Source: Candidatus Thorarchaeota archaeon (GTDB taxonomy: Archaea; Asgardarchaeota; Thorarchaeia; Thorarchaeales; Thorarchaeaceae). From it: DNA of 64,000 nt. A program made the translations under genes and the position numbers. Below the pieces are notes generated by a model, which saw only the letters and a list, made by a program, of their open reading frames with translations, was not told where the DNA came from and did not search any database. The stretch spans positions 1 through 64,000 of the forward strand of contig JAWOEX010000038.1 of NCBI GenBank assembly GCA_046482545.1, written 5' to 3'. Position 1 is the stretch's first letter. Every line of letters starts with the position of its first letter. Positions 28,731-40,865 of the stretch are shown here, in pieces.

Positions 28731-30392
28731 ATGATTGTAGAATGTAGATTCAATGGTCTTAAGGACCTTATCGGGAGAGAGATTACAGCTGAAGAACTTG
28801 ATGAGATCCTTTTTCTCCTGAAGGCAGAAGTCGAGTCTTTCGACGGTGAAGAGATGGAGATTGAGGTCAATCCTGATAGACAAGATATGCTATCTCAAGA
28901 AGGGATAGCAAGGGCCGTCAAGTCATTTGTGGGTATTTCACCAGGACTCAAGGAATTCCCAGTAAAGGATTCAGAGAAGAAGATTATTGTTGAACAAGGC
29001 CTTGAGCGGATAAGGCAGTTTATCGCATGTGGTATTGTGAGGAATCTTGAGATAGATGACACATTGGTTAAAGACTATATGCATCTTCAGGAGAACCTTA
29101 CGGCTACTCATGGTCGCAACAGGAAAAAGGCTAGTATCGGTCTCTACGTGTATGACGATATAGAGTTCCCTGTTACCTACAAGCTTGAGAAGCCAGAGTT
29201 TATCGAGTTTACCCCATTGGGCCTTTCAACTGGGATGGATGGTCCAACAATCATAGAACAGCACGAGAAAGGTGTAGAATACGGACCAATCATATCTGAT
29301 TTTGAAAAGTGGCCTCTTCTGCTCGACGCCGATGAAAAAATCCTGAGTTTGCCACCAATTATCAACAGCAATGATTTGGGCAGAATATCTGATGATACCA
29401 CCAATGTCTTCGTCGAAGTAACAGGGACGCATGAGCCAACGGTAAATCAGGCACTCAACATAATGGTAACAGCTCTAGCCGAAAGAAGAGGCGAGATACA
29501 ATCTGTCAATGTCAAGTATCCGAATGATAAGACCATTTCCACTCCTAATCTGAAGCCGCTTGAAATGAAATTGAGCAGAGATGGGGTAGAAAGCCTTACA
29601 GGACTGCAACTCAACAGCAAGGAAATTGTCTCTTGTCTTAATCGAATGGGATACGATGCGACGACTGTAGAAGACGGGTTGGACGTGCTTGTTCCCGCAT
29701 ACAGAACTGATATCCTTCATGAAGTTGATCTCATTGAGGATGTGGCAATTGGTTATGGCTTTGACAGGATAATACCTACCATGCCAAAAACAATGACCGT
29801 TGGAAAGCTGCTGCCAGTCCGCAAACTCAAGAATCGAGTAAGAGACCTTATGATCGGGTTGGGTTATCAAGAAGTTTTGAGTTATGTGATGAGTTCTCCC
29901 AAAGTTCTCAATGAAAAAACCCTGAGAAATCAGGAGCTTGTGAAGACTGGCAATCCTAAGAGCAAAGATTTCTCCTGTCTAAGAAACTCATTGCTGCCGA
30001 TTCTTCTTGATTTCCTTTCCAAGAACCAGCATGCTGATTATCCACAGGAAATCTTCGAAGTAGGCGATATTGTTATCCCGAATAATGACAGTGAGACCAG
30101 AACTGATCAACCGCCTTCTGTATGCGGTATGCAAACGAATCCCGAAATCAACCTCACGAAACTCCTGAATCATCTAGGTTTTCTACTCCGAAATCTGGGA
30201 TTGACAAATCGATTTGAGTTCAAGGCTATTGAAGATGATACATTCATCGAGGGGAGAACAGGTAGCATATTAGTCGACAATGATAGAATAGGTATTCTTG
30301 GTGAGATTCATCCGGAGGCGTTGGAAGCATTTGGCATTGGTACGCCAGTCATGGCATTTGAGCTGCAAATACCTAGGACTGGGAAATGGTAA
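28731..30392 (+). CDS. pheT: Phenylalanyl-tRNA synthetase beta subunit
   Basis: NPDRQDMLS, LSLPPIINS, YRTDILHEVDLIEDVAIGYG, GEIHPE. Confidence 0.96.
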   Translation: MIVECRFNGLKDLIGREITAEELDEILFLLKAEVESFDGEEMEIEVNPDRQDMLSQEGIARAVKSFVGISPGLKEFPVKDSEKKIIVEQGLERIRQFIACGIVRNLEIDDTLVKDYMHLQENLTATHGRNRKKASIGLYVYDDIEFPVTYKLEKPEFIEFTPLGLSTGMDGPTIIEQHEKGVEYGPIISDFEKWPLLLDADEKILSLPPIINSNDLGRISDDTTNVFVEVTGTHEPTVNQALNIMVTALAERRGEIQSVNVKYPNDKTISTPNLKPLEMKLSRDGVESLTGLQLNSKEIVSCLNRMGYDATTVEDGLDVLVPAYRTDILHEVDLIEDVAIGYGFDRIIPTMPKTMTVGKLLPVRKLKNRVRDLMIGLGYQEVLSYVMSSPKVLNEKTLRNQELVKTGNPKSKDFSCLRNSLLPILLDFLSKNQHADYPQEIFEVGDIVIPNNDSETRTDQPPSVCGMQTNPEINLTKLLNHLGFLLRNLGLTNRFEFKAIEDDTFIEGRTGSILVDNDRIGILGEIHPEALEAFGIGTPVMAFELQIPRTGKW

Positions 30393-30496
30393 TTTGTCCT
30401 GCACTCACTTTGGTAAAAATGGAACATTCTCACAAGAATTATAAGAAATGCTAGGAACGACTGAGTAAAAGATGACTTCTAAGGTGAATATCCTGA

Positions 30497-31102
30497 ATGA
30501 CTCCTAATCAAAACGTCTCCAAAATACAGAGTGATTCCGAAGGGGAAGAGGACTTTGAGGAATACAAATATCGATTGGTCCTCCTAGGAGAGGCTGCCGT
30601 TGGCAAAACATCCCTTCTAAGGAGATATACCGAGAATACGTTTGACGAAGAATACAAACAAACTCTTGGAACTACGTTCGCAGCGAAGGATGTTGCCATA
30701 GAGAACGATGAAGGCGAGGAAACAGAAGTCCGTCTCGTAATCTGGGATATGGGTGGACAGTCAACATACAAAGAACTGAGACGCCAATACATGAAAGGAG
30801 CGGCCGGGGGTATTATTGTGTATGACGTAACCAGACCCGAGACATTCATGGCAATGAATAACTGGTTCGAATCGTTCCGAGAAACCTGTCCAAATTCACC
30901 GGTAATAATCTGTGCCAACAAAATAGACCTCGAAGAAGACAGGATGGTGCCAGTTGAACCCGGAATTATGCTGAGGGATTGGTTCCAAGCAGATTATTAT
31001 GAGACGTCAGCAAAAACTGGCGAGGCGGTTGATAACGCGTTTCAGAGAATCGCCAAAATCCTAGTTGACAGATCACGGTCGGACAAACAGCCAGAAATGT
31101 GA
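30497..31102 (+). CDS. Rab-like small GTPase (eukaryotic signature protein)
   Basis: GEAAVGKTS, WDMGGQ, NKID, ETSAK. No prenylation Cys motif. Confidence 0.93.
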   Translation: MTPNQNVSKIQSDSEGEEDFEEYKYRLVLLGEAAVGKTSLLRRYTENTFDEEYKQTLGTTFAAKDVAIENDEGEETEVRLVIWDMGGQSTYKELRRQYMKGAAGGIIVYDVTRPETFMAMNNWFESFRETCPNSPVIICANKIDLEEDRMVPVEPGIMLRDWFQADYYETSAKTGEAVDNAFQRIAKILVDRSRSDKQPEM

Positions 31103-31173
31103 TTCGCACCTGCGCCAAACCGCAAATACCAATTCAGGAATATCTAATCCTGTTTGGGCATAGCATACTGCGG

Positions 31174-31830
31174 TTAAGCAGGCCGATAGTCGTCTATTTC
31201 GTCTCTCAAATCCCTCTTGATTTTGAGGATATCTCTAGCCTGCAATTCGTGCCTCTTTGAATAGGTCTTCACGATGCCGCTCCATTTGTCGATAGTCACG
31301 AGAATTGGATCTGAAGGTACTATTTTCTGTATGTCGCTCTTTACCTGTTCCATAACATCAAGAACATCACCAGCAACACAACCCATCTTAAGTGAATCCA
31401 GAATTTTTTCCAGCTGATCAGCAATCTTCATTCCTCTGTCAGGCGATAGTGATGGAGCAGCAGCCGGTCGGGACGTATCAGGCTCTGGTTCCTGGCTTGT
31501 TGGGGCCTCAGCTTTAGCGGGAATTTTTTCAATCTTGGCAAGAACCTGCTCTTCAAGACCAGCAAGGGATTCATCTATCGACTGTTCAACTCGTTTCATC
31601 GCATCGTTGACAACTGCCTCCAGTTGCTCCTGGCTAAGAGTGGATGTTGTAGTATCGGTTGAACTCGCCTGTTGCTCTATTTTCTCCAATATCTTATCAC
31701 GGGCTACGCGTACCTCAGAACGGATTTCCGTAACAGATTCCATAATTGTGACCATCCGCTTGAGAGTGTCTCCAAGGGAATCTATACTGTCTTCAATTTC
31801 GCCCAAACGACTCAGGAATTCTTCTGCCAT
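31174..31830 (-). CDS. Hypothetical coiled-coil protein
   Basis: GGAGGT SD precedes ATG 31830. Coiled coil, Pro/Ala linker, helical C-terminal domain. Confidence 0.7.
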   Translation of the reverse strand: MAEEFLSRLGEIEDSIDSLGDTLKRMVTIMESVTEIRSEVRVARDKILEKIEQQASSTDTTTSTLSQEQLEAVVNDAMKRVEQSIDESLAGLEEQVLAKIEKIPAKAEAPTSQEPEPDTSRPAAAPSLSPDRGMKIADQLEKILDSLKMGCVAGDVLDVMEQVKSDIQKIVPSDPILVTIDKWSGIVKTYSKRHELQARDILKIKRDLRDEIDDYRPA

Positions 31831-32173
31831 CTCTGTGGTACCTCCACATATCACGTTTTCATCTTTGTTCTTCTTGAAGAAAAAGATTTGGCTCATGAAC
31901 TAGTGTAGTCATCAAGGCGATGATACATCAAATATGATTTTCATTAGTCACAACATTCCTCTTTATTCCTTAAGAAAACAAATCAGTACATGAGATGCAT
32001 TTAACAGAGATTAACCTATATGTATTACTCCATTTTACAAGCTGGAGACCTAGCTATACTCTTCGTTAGAGAAAAAAGCACACAATCTTTGAGTAGTATA
32101 AGGAGCTCTGCAAAATCATTAAATGGTAGCAACTACGAACCCCAAAGGGCCACAAGAACAGGAAGTATAGAAA

Positions 32174-32761
32174 TTGTCCACTGAACCCGCGAGTCACATG
32201 TTCAAAGCAGTAGCGCTTGGAGACGGTGCAGTTGGTAAGACAAGCTGTATCAAGCGATACACTGAGGACAGTTTCAGTGAGGAATATATTTCTACAATTG
32301 GCACAACGTTTGCGCTCAAAACAGTCGAAGCTCAAACTCCGGATGGTAGGAAAGTCAATGCTAGAGTTGTCCTTTGGGACTTAGCAGGCCAGCCAACATA
32401 CAACGAACTTCGTCGTCGTTACATGGCCGGTGCAAGTATGGCGATAATCATCTATGATGTAACAAGACCGCAGACTTTCCTTAACGTAGGCGAGTGGTTC
32501 ACTAAATTCGTAACTGTTTGTCCCAATGCGGTTGTTACTGTTGTTGCTAACAAGATTGATAGGACTGACAGGTTAGTACCTCCTGAAGCCGGGGAAATGG
32601 TAAGAGAATGGCTCGATGTAGACCACTTTGAGACTTCAGCGAAAACTGGTGAAAACATTACAGAGATGTTTAACAATCTCGTGTCCAGATCAATCGAGAA
32701 ACAGGCTCGTCTGGGCAAATTGGGCAGCATGGTCCAAGACGCCCGAGAGACCCAGATATAG
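32174..32761 (+). CDS. Rab-like small GTPase (eukaryotic signature protein)
   Basis: GDGAVGKTS, TIG, WDLAGQ, NKID, ETSAK. Confidence 0.93.
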   Translation: MSTEPASHMFKAVALGDGAVGKTSCIKRYTEDSFSEEYISTIGTTFALKTVEAQTPDGRKVNARVVLWDLAGQPTYNELRRRYMAGASMAIIIYDVTRPQTFLNVGEWFTKFVTVCPNAVVTVVANKIDRTDRLVPPEAGEMVREWLDVDHFETSAKTGENITEMFNNLVSRSIEKQARLGKLGSMVQDARETQI

Positions 32762-32785
32762 TGATTGTAGTTTGAGGAATTTCGT

Positions 32786-33322
32786 ATGGCTACAACCAAG
32801 AATCTAGTCAAATGGGCATTAGGCCACTTCGGGCTTTTTATCTTGAATTTCTTTGTATTAGTGGGAGTCATAGAAAGTTTGAAGCTGTTCGCAGAAGAGC
32901 TTCCCCTATTGAATACTCTTCTTCTTGGCTATATGCTGGTGCACACTTTCAGTCTTCTTTCCATTCAGCTCGGAATACAGATACTAGAGCTTATCCGCAT
33001 TCGTATACCTACATTCTTGCCCAGTTACTATTTCCAATTCTCCGACCAAGAAACAATCCCAATGCCACTCTTGGATCCAACAAAAAGCAAGCTCGCCGTG
33101 CTAATCCTTCTGCTCATCATTACGGGGGGACCAGTACTGTACTCGATTTTCGCAATCTATGGGTTCTTTCTCATCCAAGCCCATCTCTTGATTATTGCAC
33201 TAAAGCCTGCCGTCATCCTTGAATATTTTGGAATATTTCTCAATTGGATGCCTCCAATCATTGGGTTCATGGTCGCGATAGTTATTCTGTCAATCGTTGC
33301 AGTCGAATTCAAACACGTATAG
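32786..33322 (+). CDS. Hypothetical membrane protein
   Basis: About 4 hydrophobic segments; probably co-transcribed with the GTPase. Confidence 0.7.
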   Translation: MATTKNLVKWALGHFGLFILNFFVLVGVIESLKLFAEELPLLNTLLLGYMLVHTFSLLSIQLGIQILELIRIRIPTFLPSYYFQFSDQETIPMPLLDPTKSKLAVLILLLIITGGPVLYSIFAIYGFFLIQAHLLIIALKPAVILEYFGIFLNWMPPIIGFMVAIVILSIVAVEFKHV

Positions 33323-33323
33323 A

Positions 33324-34634
<1,311 letters not shown>

Positions 34635-34714
34635 TCATCCTGCTTTCTAAGACGATATTTCACTCTTTCTTACGGTTACTGTTATATTTGAGAAGCTAGC
34701 ATTCAGCATGAATA

Positions 34715-36070
34715 ATGTTGCTACGACCCGATGTCTGCATTGTTGGCTCTGGAACAGCTGGATGTGTTACCGCTCGGCGTTGTTCCGAGATGGGACTGAA
34801 AACCTTAATACTAGAGAGAAAACCCAAGGATAAGATAGGCGAGAAGGTCTGCGGAGACGAAGTTAGCAAATCTCATTTCGAAGCAACAGGGGTCAGTATG
34901 CCGGATTCCGATGAGATATCAACAACCATTTCAGGGGCAGATATATTTCCACCATCACTAGAAAACGAGCTCCAAGTTCGGGGCTGGGTTGAATTCAATG
35001 GGTGGACTCTCAATCGGAAAGCCTTTGGTCAAAGGTTATTGCACGAAGCACTTGATAGCGGAGCGGTAATCAGGACACGATCCCATGTTTTAAAGCCGAT
35101 TATCCAAGGAAACAATGTTGTCGGAGTTCAGTACAGGGATCTAAGAGAGGGTACTGAGAAGCAAGTCTACTCTAAGCTGGTAATCGACGCTAGTGGCTAT
35201 CCGACTGCAATCCGTAGAAACCTCGATAGTGAAATGATTGAGAACAAGATAAACAAGGAAGATGTTGCATTCTGTTACAGAGAGATTTTGAAACTAAAAA
35301 TGCCCCTCACAGAATCACATGTGGCGAGAGTGTTTCTTGGCAGTTCGATTGCTCCCGAAGGTTACGCATGGATTTTCCCCAAAAATCAACAGACCGTAAA
35401 TGCTGGGATTGGGGTTACCGGGGGAGAGCAACTCAAATCACCGAGAAAGTGCTTTGAAGACTTCAAGAATAGGTATCCACTGCTTGCAGGCAGCGAAGTC
35501 CTGACCGGAGCCGGGGGAGCAGTCCCGGTTAGAAGACCATTGGATTCGTTAGTTGCCGGAGGTGTTGCTTTTGTTGGTGACGCAGCCTTACAAGTTAACC
35601 CAATCCACGGGGGGGGAATAGGCCCAGGAATGAGAGCGGGAATCATCCTTGGAGAAGTTGCAAAGATGGCGATTGCAAGAGGGGACCTAAGTCCCAGAGG
35701 TCTATGGCAATACAATATTCGATATCAAAGGAATTACGGAAAGCGGCTTGCCTCGCTTGAGATTTTCAGAAAATTACTTGAAAACATTACAGATGAAGAG
35801 ATGGATTTTGGCTTCAAAAAACGACTCCTCACCGCCGAAGATTTGATGTCTGCCAACCGCGGGGAGGGTTTTTCGATTGGAATAGTTGATAAGATGAAGA
35901 GGCTCTTCCGGGGTATTTCTAAAATCGGACTACTTCGAAGGATTCAGAAAGCAGCCAGTCTCATGAAGCAAATCGAAAAGGTCTATAGCATGTATCCAGG
36001 GCATCCAGAGGATTTAGAGGAATGGAAGACGCAGATTACCGAAATTCTCAAAGATGCCGATTTCGAATAA
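34715..36070 (+). CDS. Geranylgeranyl reductase family FAD oxidoreductase
   Basis: GSGTAG, KVCG, GYAWIFP, VGDAA...NPIHGGGI. Confidence 0.9.
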   Translation: MLLRPDVCIVGSGTAGCVTARRCSEMGLKTLILERKPKDKIGEKVCGDEVSKSHFEATGVSMPDSDEISTTISGADIFPPSLENELQVRGWVEFNGWTLNRKAFGQRLLHEALDSGAVIRTRSHVLKPIIQGNNVVGVQYRDLREGTEKQVYSKLVIDASGYPTAIRRNLDSEMIENKINKEDVAFCYREILKLKMPLTESHVARVFLGSSIAPEGYAWIFPKNQQTVNAGIGVTGGEQLKSPRKCFEDFKNRYPLLAGSEVLTGAGGAVPVRRPLDSLVAGGVAFVGDAALQVNPIHGGGIGPGMRAGIILGEVAKMAIARGDLSPRGLWQYNIRYQRNYGKRLASLEIFRKLLENITDEEMDFGFKKRLLTAEDLMSANRGEGFSIGIVDKMKRLFRGISKIGLLRRIQKAASLMKQIEKVYSMYPGHPEDLEEWKTQITEILKDADFE

Positions 36071-36108
36071 ATAATGGTCTATCATTGAATTCCATTTTGG
36101 ACCAGAAT

Positions 36109-37110
36109 TCATACATCCCGGATGCCATCTTTCTGTATTGTAAATACTGCTTCCCCTTCTGGCAAGTTAGGCGAATCGACAAGACGACATATCCTGCGCT
36201 CACCTTTTGATTTCCGTAGATAGCACCTAACCAAGGGTACATGAGCCAATACGTGGCCTCCAACTGGGGCAGTCGGATCACCGAAAAAGGCATCAGGCCT
36301 TGACATAACTTGGTTTGTCACAAAGACCGCCATATTATTGATTTCTGATCCCCTTTGCAGATGATGAAGATGTTTGTTGAGCTTCTGCTGTCTTGCAGCA
36401 AGTGTACCTCTACCGGTATATTCAGCTCTAAAATGGCTCATGACAGAGTCAAGAATCAGTAAGCGGGCACCCTTTTCCGGTGCCATCTCCATAGCCTGAT
36501 CACACAAGAGTATCTGATGGTCGGAATTGTAAGCACGAGCCCATACAACATTCTTCAGAACCTCCTCCGTATCGAGACCAATTGCTTCAGCCATGTCCAC
36601 TAGACGCTCTGGTCTAAAAGTACCTTCAGTGTCAACAAAGATGGCTGTTGCCTCCAGTCCGCCCTCTTCTCGCGGAAGCTGAACATTCACTGCGATTTGA
36701 TGGGCCATCTGAGTCTTTCCAGACCTAAATGAGCCGTACACCTCTGTCAATCCTTGGGTTTCTATACCGCCTCCAAGAAGCTCATCGACCGCTTTTGAAC
36801 TAGTAGTGATTAAACCAGCATTCTTACGCCTTTCGAGCAGCAAATCTGCTGTTTCAAAACCGATATCCAGCATTTCTCGGGCTGCCTTGATAATTTTCGT
36901 GGCAGTGGTTTCTCCAATCGAGCCAGCAGCAGCTAGTTCATTGGGTGATGCAACAGCAATAGCTTCTGCACTCTTGAAACCTGCTTCGCGGAGACGCTTG
37001 CTTATTGCCGGACCAACACCGGGTAAATCCGTTAGTTCGACATCCGCCAGTTCGTTTTCGTCTTCATCTTCCTCGAATTCCTCGTAATCTGCATCTTCAT
37101 CTGGGGGGAT
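36109..37110 (-). CDS. radA: DNA recombinase RadA (apparent ATC start)
   Basis: [26 protein letters not shown]. The N-terminal HhH domain LTDLPGVGP lies upstream of the first ATG (36873). GGAGGT-7nt-ATC at 37110. Confidence 0.95.
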   Translation of the reverse strand: MPPDEDADYEEFEEDEDENELADVELTDLPGVGPAISKRLREAGFKSAEAIAVASPNELAAAGSIGETTATKIIKAAREMLDIGFETADLLLERRKNAGLITTSSKAVDELLGGGIETQGLTEVYGSFRSGKTQMAHQIAVNVQLPREEGGLEATAIFVDTEGTFRPERLVDMAEAIGLDTEEVLKNVVWARAYNSDHQILLCDQAMEMAPEKGARLLILDSVMSHFRAEYTGRGTLAARQQKLNKHLHHLQRGSEINNMAVFVTNQVMSRPDAFFGDPTAPVGGHVLAHVPLVRCYLRKSKGERRICRLVDSPNLPEGEAVFTIQKDGIRDV

Positions 37111-37344
37111 TGTAGGTACCTCCGGCGTGAGTAATTCTACACTATGGGCTTATTAAGCTCAAGCTCGTCGCCACTGAGATGTTTGCGCTGCGAGTATAAA
37201 AATGCCACCAGTTAGAAAGAAACGCTTATCGCTGTCAAGACGTCCTAGATTCCAGCCCCTTACACATGACAAGATTACAAGAAAAGAGCAACCCGCAAAA
37301 GTGAAATGTCTGTGAGTTACTCTAGACTAAGCAGAATAGAATTA

Positions 37345-37653
37345 TCAGCCCTCAGCCAAAGTAACTAGAATGAATTCTTTTTGTGGGGCGATTCGAATTC
37401 CACCCATATTAGTTTGTATCTGAACAAAATCCATTTCCGCTCCCTCTTCGACCTGACAGATGACTTCATTCGTTTTTCCTATCAAGGAGCTCAAGAGAGC
37501 CGAAAGCTCCTCTGCTCGTTCCATAGATACACCCCAAGTGTTGATTGGAAAGCCCTCCGGGCTAATAAAAAGGGCTGCGTATACATCGGGAAATTTAGTA
37601 GTTATGTTCTGAATGATACGCTCGAAGATTTCTCGTTTTGGCATTGCAGTCAT
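37345..37653 (-). CDS. Roadblock/LC7 domain protein
   Basis: AALFISPEGFPI, SALLSSL, about 100 aa. Confidence 0.8.
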   Translation of the reverse strand: MTAMPKREIFERIIQNITTKFPDVYAALFISPEGFPINTWGVSMERAEELSALLSSLIGKTNEVICQVEEGAEMDFVQIQTNMGGIRIAPQKEFILVTLAEG

Positions 37654-37783
37654 TAGTTACACATCCAATACATTTTCATGGGGTAAGTTAATTGAACCAC
37701 TGGGTTCTTATCTTTTTATCTTTGCCCTGATGTCATGGAGCGTACTAGTGTGTGAATACATCATGAAATTTGGCGATGAGACA

Positions 37784-38386
37784 ATGGAGCTCAAGGGTCG
37801 TAAGGTCACCTTAGCTAGGATAGTATCGCGATTAACAGCTGCTCCATTAATCAACTTTTACGCAGGAATCATAATATCAATTTCAACGTATCCTGCATTG
37901 GGGCCTATTCTAAACCCTTGGTCCAATATGATAATCTGCACTCTATTGATGGTGATTGCTCCAGTAGCACCCATTGTCTTTCAAGCCAAGCGGGGAAAAG
38001 TAGATCTAGATGTCTCAAAACAGGAACAGAGGCTGTGGTTTTTTGTATTCGGAATTTTCTGCTATCTCGCTGCCTATGGTGTTTACTGGTTTCTCAATAG
38101 TGATGTCATGCGAATTCTTGCAGCTGCCTATGTGGCAGTCACAACGGGTGTCACCGTGGTAAATGGGTTCACAAAAGTATCTGTTCATGCCGCAGGTATC
38201 GCGGGACCCTCCACAGCTCTTATCTTTATGTATGGAATACCAGCTTTGCCTGTAATAGGGCTATGGTGCCTTGTGGTGTGGGCACGCAGTATCCTAAAAC
38301 AGCATTCTATCGTTCAGGGAATCATAGGTATTATCCTTGGTATGTCTATTACTGCAGTAACCTACTTTCTATTATATCCCCTTTGA
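37784..38386 (+). CDS. PAP2-like membrane phosphoesterase family protein
   Basis: TM segments; KVSVHAAG and WARSILKQHS. Confidence 0.7.
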   Translation: MELKGRKVTLARIVSRLTAAPLINFYAGIIISISTYPALGPILNPWSNMIICTLLMVIAPVAPIVFQAKRGKVDLDVSKQEQRLWFFVFGIFCYLAAYGVYWFLNSDVMRILAAAYVAVTTGVTVVNGFTKVSVHAAGIAGPSTALIFMYGIPALPVIGLWCLVVWARSILKQHSIVQGIIGIILGMSITAVTYFLLYPL

Positions 38387-38544
38387 TATAATATCTCAAC
38401 AAGCCTTATGAAACAATTGTGACATATCATTATGTGGAGTACTAGGATTCAATGCTCTTGTATTTCATCATCCTTCCTCATATATCAGAATTGTCACATA
38501 GAGGCGAGGAGTACCTATAGTTAGAAATTGAGCGGTAGAAAACA

Positions 38545-39816
38545 ATGCCTGAATACATAACCTGTCCAGTTTGTGGCCGAAAAGTGAGGAAAGGATCTAC
38601 ATTTTGTATTGAGTGTGGGTCCCGGCTAGCAGGTGAAAAGAAACAAGCTGAGAAGAGAAGAGAGAAGTCCAAAGAAGACCAAAATCAAGAGGACGACCTA
38701 GCTGAGCTTGAAAATCGAATGGTCGGTTTATTGGGAAATGAAAAAGCACTCTACGCGAAAGAACCAAGCGAACAGAGTAGACAGACACAATCTGCACAGG
38801 CAAGCGATACCGAAAGTCCGCCAAAGAAATCAGTAGGTGATTTAGAATGGAAGGTAGGCGAGGAGGGAGAGCAAACAGTTGAACAAGAGCAATCACCAAG
38901 TGTCTCTACTACAAATGTCGTATCAGAGGCAGCTTCTGAGCAAATGGAAGTTGAATCAACTCATGATGATATGGGTCTTAGCTGGGATGCAGAGGATATT
39001 CCAGAGATGAGTGCAGATAAGGTAAGAGAAGGTATGCCGTTCACACAGGTTGAACCACCAGAAGTACAGGCATCTGGACCAACCCTTACCCCTAAGGAGG
39101 CCAAGGAGCACCTTTTCCCTGAGAAAGAGAGGTCTTCTGCTCGGGAAGCAGTCTCACACCTATTTCCACAAGGGCGAGGAGTAACAGATAACAACTTCAT
39201 TGATGTTGTTGTGGGAAAACCTCGCAAAATCAGTGTCGAAGAACCAATGGAAGAGCTTGAACAGCCGACATGCCCAAACTGTGGAGTCGCCCTCGCATCA
39301 GATGGCTTTGAGTATCCACCTTATGTTTATGAAGCCATGGGGAAGGCCAGAATTGAGTATGGTGAGAATTTACTAGATGAAAAACAACACGCAGAGGCCA
39401 TCGAAAGTTTCGAGAAGGCAAAGATGCTCTATGAAAGAGCTAATGATGAGAAGAAGATGGAGAAATGCAGAGAGAAGATAGATGAAGGATACGAGGCTAT
39501 GGCCGAGTTTCACTATGATCAAGCCGAATTGCACAAAGAAAATCACGAATACGAATGGGCGATAGTTCAGTATAAGAAAGCCAGAGAAATTTACATGCTG
39601 ACAACCAAGCGAAAGGAACGGGCAAAGTGCGCTGAAAAGGTAAGAGAGTGCTATGTTGAGTGGGGAGAAGAACTCGAAGAACGAGGGGATTATTTGGCTA
39701 AAGATGGCGGGACAAGAGAGGCCCTAGCCAAATACCAGAAAGCCGCTGAGAAATACAGACAGGGAGACGACAACAAACACCTGAAAGGCCTTGAGAAAAA
39801 AATCAGGGATGCCTAA
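38545..39816 (+). CDS. Zinc-ribbon plus TPR/alpha-SNAP-like repeat protein
   Basis: CPVCG..CIECG, an acidic linker, CPNCG, and helical repeats AIESFEKAKMLY / AIVQYKKAREIY / ALAKYQKAAEKY. Confidence 0.7.
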   Translation: MPEYITCPVCGRKVRKGSTFCIECGSRLAGEKKQAEKRREKSKEDQNQEDDLAELENRMVGLLGNEKALYAKEPSEQSRQTQSAQASDTESPPKKSVGDLEWKVGEEGEQTVEQEQSPSVSTTNVVSEAASEQMEVESTHDDMGLSWDAEDIPEMSADKVREGMPFTQVEPPEVQASGPTLTPKEAKEHLFPEKERSSAREAVSHLFPQGRGVTDNNFIDVVVGKPRKISVEEPMEELEQPTCPNCGVALASDGFEYPPYVYEAMGKARIEYGENLLDEKQHAEAIESFEKAKMLYERANDEKKMEKCREKIDEGYEAMAEFHYDQAELHKENHEYEWAIVQYKKAREIYMLTTKRKERAKCAEKVRECYVEWGEELEERGDYLAKDGGTREALAKYQKAAEKYRQGDDNKHLKGLEKKIRDA

Positions 39817-39834
39817 TAGAAAGATTTCGCCAAT

Positions 39835-40752
39835 TTACACACTCGGTTCGAAACCTGTCAATCGCAAAATATTGTCATGAAAAATCAAATCCACATCTTC
39901 AAGGCTTAAATCCAACTCTTTTCTTAGCGAATCAACTGCTTCGTACTGCTTCTCCAGAATATTTATCCTGAAGCCACGAGGAAAGAACGACGAATCCGTT
40001 CCGAACACAATCCTGCATGAATCTCCCGCGATAAGAGCTCGCTCAAAGATTTTCCTCAGGTTGAGTGAATAGGGCAAGTATTTCATCCAACTGTTGCTAC
40101 CAGAGCTATCCATGACTACGTTTGGTACCTGATACATCAACATCAGGCATTCTCGGAAAAAACCAGCACCGAAATGAGCAATCATAAAGTTCAGTTCTGG
40201 ATAATCTTGGGCGGGTTTTTGTATGTCCAAGGGATTGCCATATCGGAGGTTGGCAGTCGGCCCAATAGTTATTCCAAAATGAAGTATCACAAGCAAATCC
40301 TGCTTGGCAGCTTCTTCGTAAATCGGATAACACAGGTCATCAGAAGCATGAAAGTCCCAAGTGCTCGGGTATAACTTGATACCCTGAAAATCGTCTTTGC
40401 CCGCCCTCCGAACTCGCTCAACCGCGTCTTTTTCTGAAGGGTTTATGTTCGCATATCCCATAAAACGGCCCGGAAACCTCTGACGGGTCTCTAGAAATTC
40501 GTCCCATGTATTAGGGCTAATCATCATACCAATGGCTTCAACTCCATACTTGTCAAGCTCATCTATCCACATAGCACCGACATCCCATGGCTCATCAGGT
40601 AGTTCAAATGGCTCCATGTCGGTCCGGTATTTCAGCCGTTCCTGCATCCGCTCCACCCTATCGGAATCCGATAGCCATTCCTTCAACATATCATAGGTGA
40701 AGAAGTGCGCATGCGAATCAACAACTGGGATGCCTACGCTTGACTCTATCAT
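39835..40752 (-). CDS. Amidohydrolase_2 family metallohydrolase
   Basis: DSHAH, GIKLYP, IAHFG, FGTDS. Confidence 0.88.
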   Translation of the reverse strand: MIESSVGIPVVDSHAHFFTYDMLKEWLSDSDRVERMQERLKYRTDMEPFELPDEPWDVGAMWIDELDKYGVEAIGMMISPNTWDEFLETRQRFPGRFMGYANINPSEKDAVERVRRAGKDDFQGIKLYPSTWDFHASDDLCYPIYEEAAKQDLLVILHFGITIGPTANLRYGNPLDIQKPAQDYPELNFMIAHFGAGFFRECLMLMYQVPNVVMDSSGSNSWMKYLPYSLNLRKIFERALIAGDSCRIVFGTDSSFFPRGFRINILEKQYEAVDSLRKELDLSLEDVDLIFHDNILRLTGFEPSV

Positions 40753-40865
40753 TGTGAATCCTTATCCTAGCCAAATATGGTGATTTTTAATCTGAAGTCG
40801 AGCATATTAGGATTGTTAGACAGGTACTTCATGAGTACCAGCTGCCATTTCGAATAGACTGGTTC

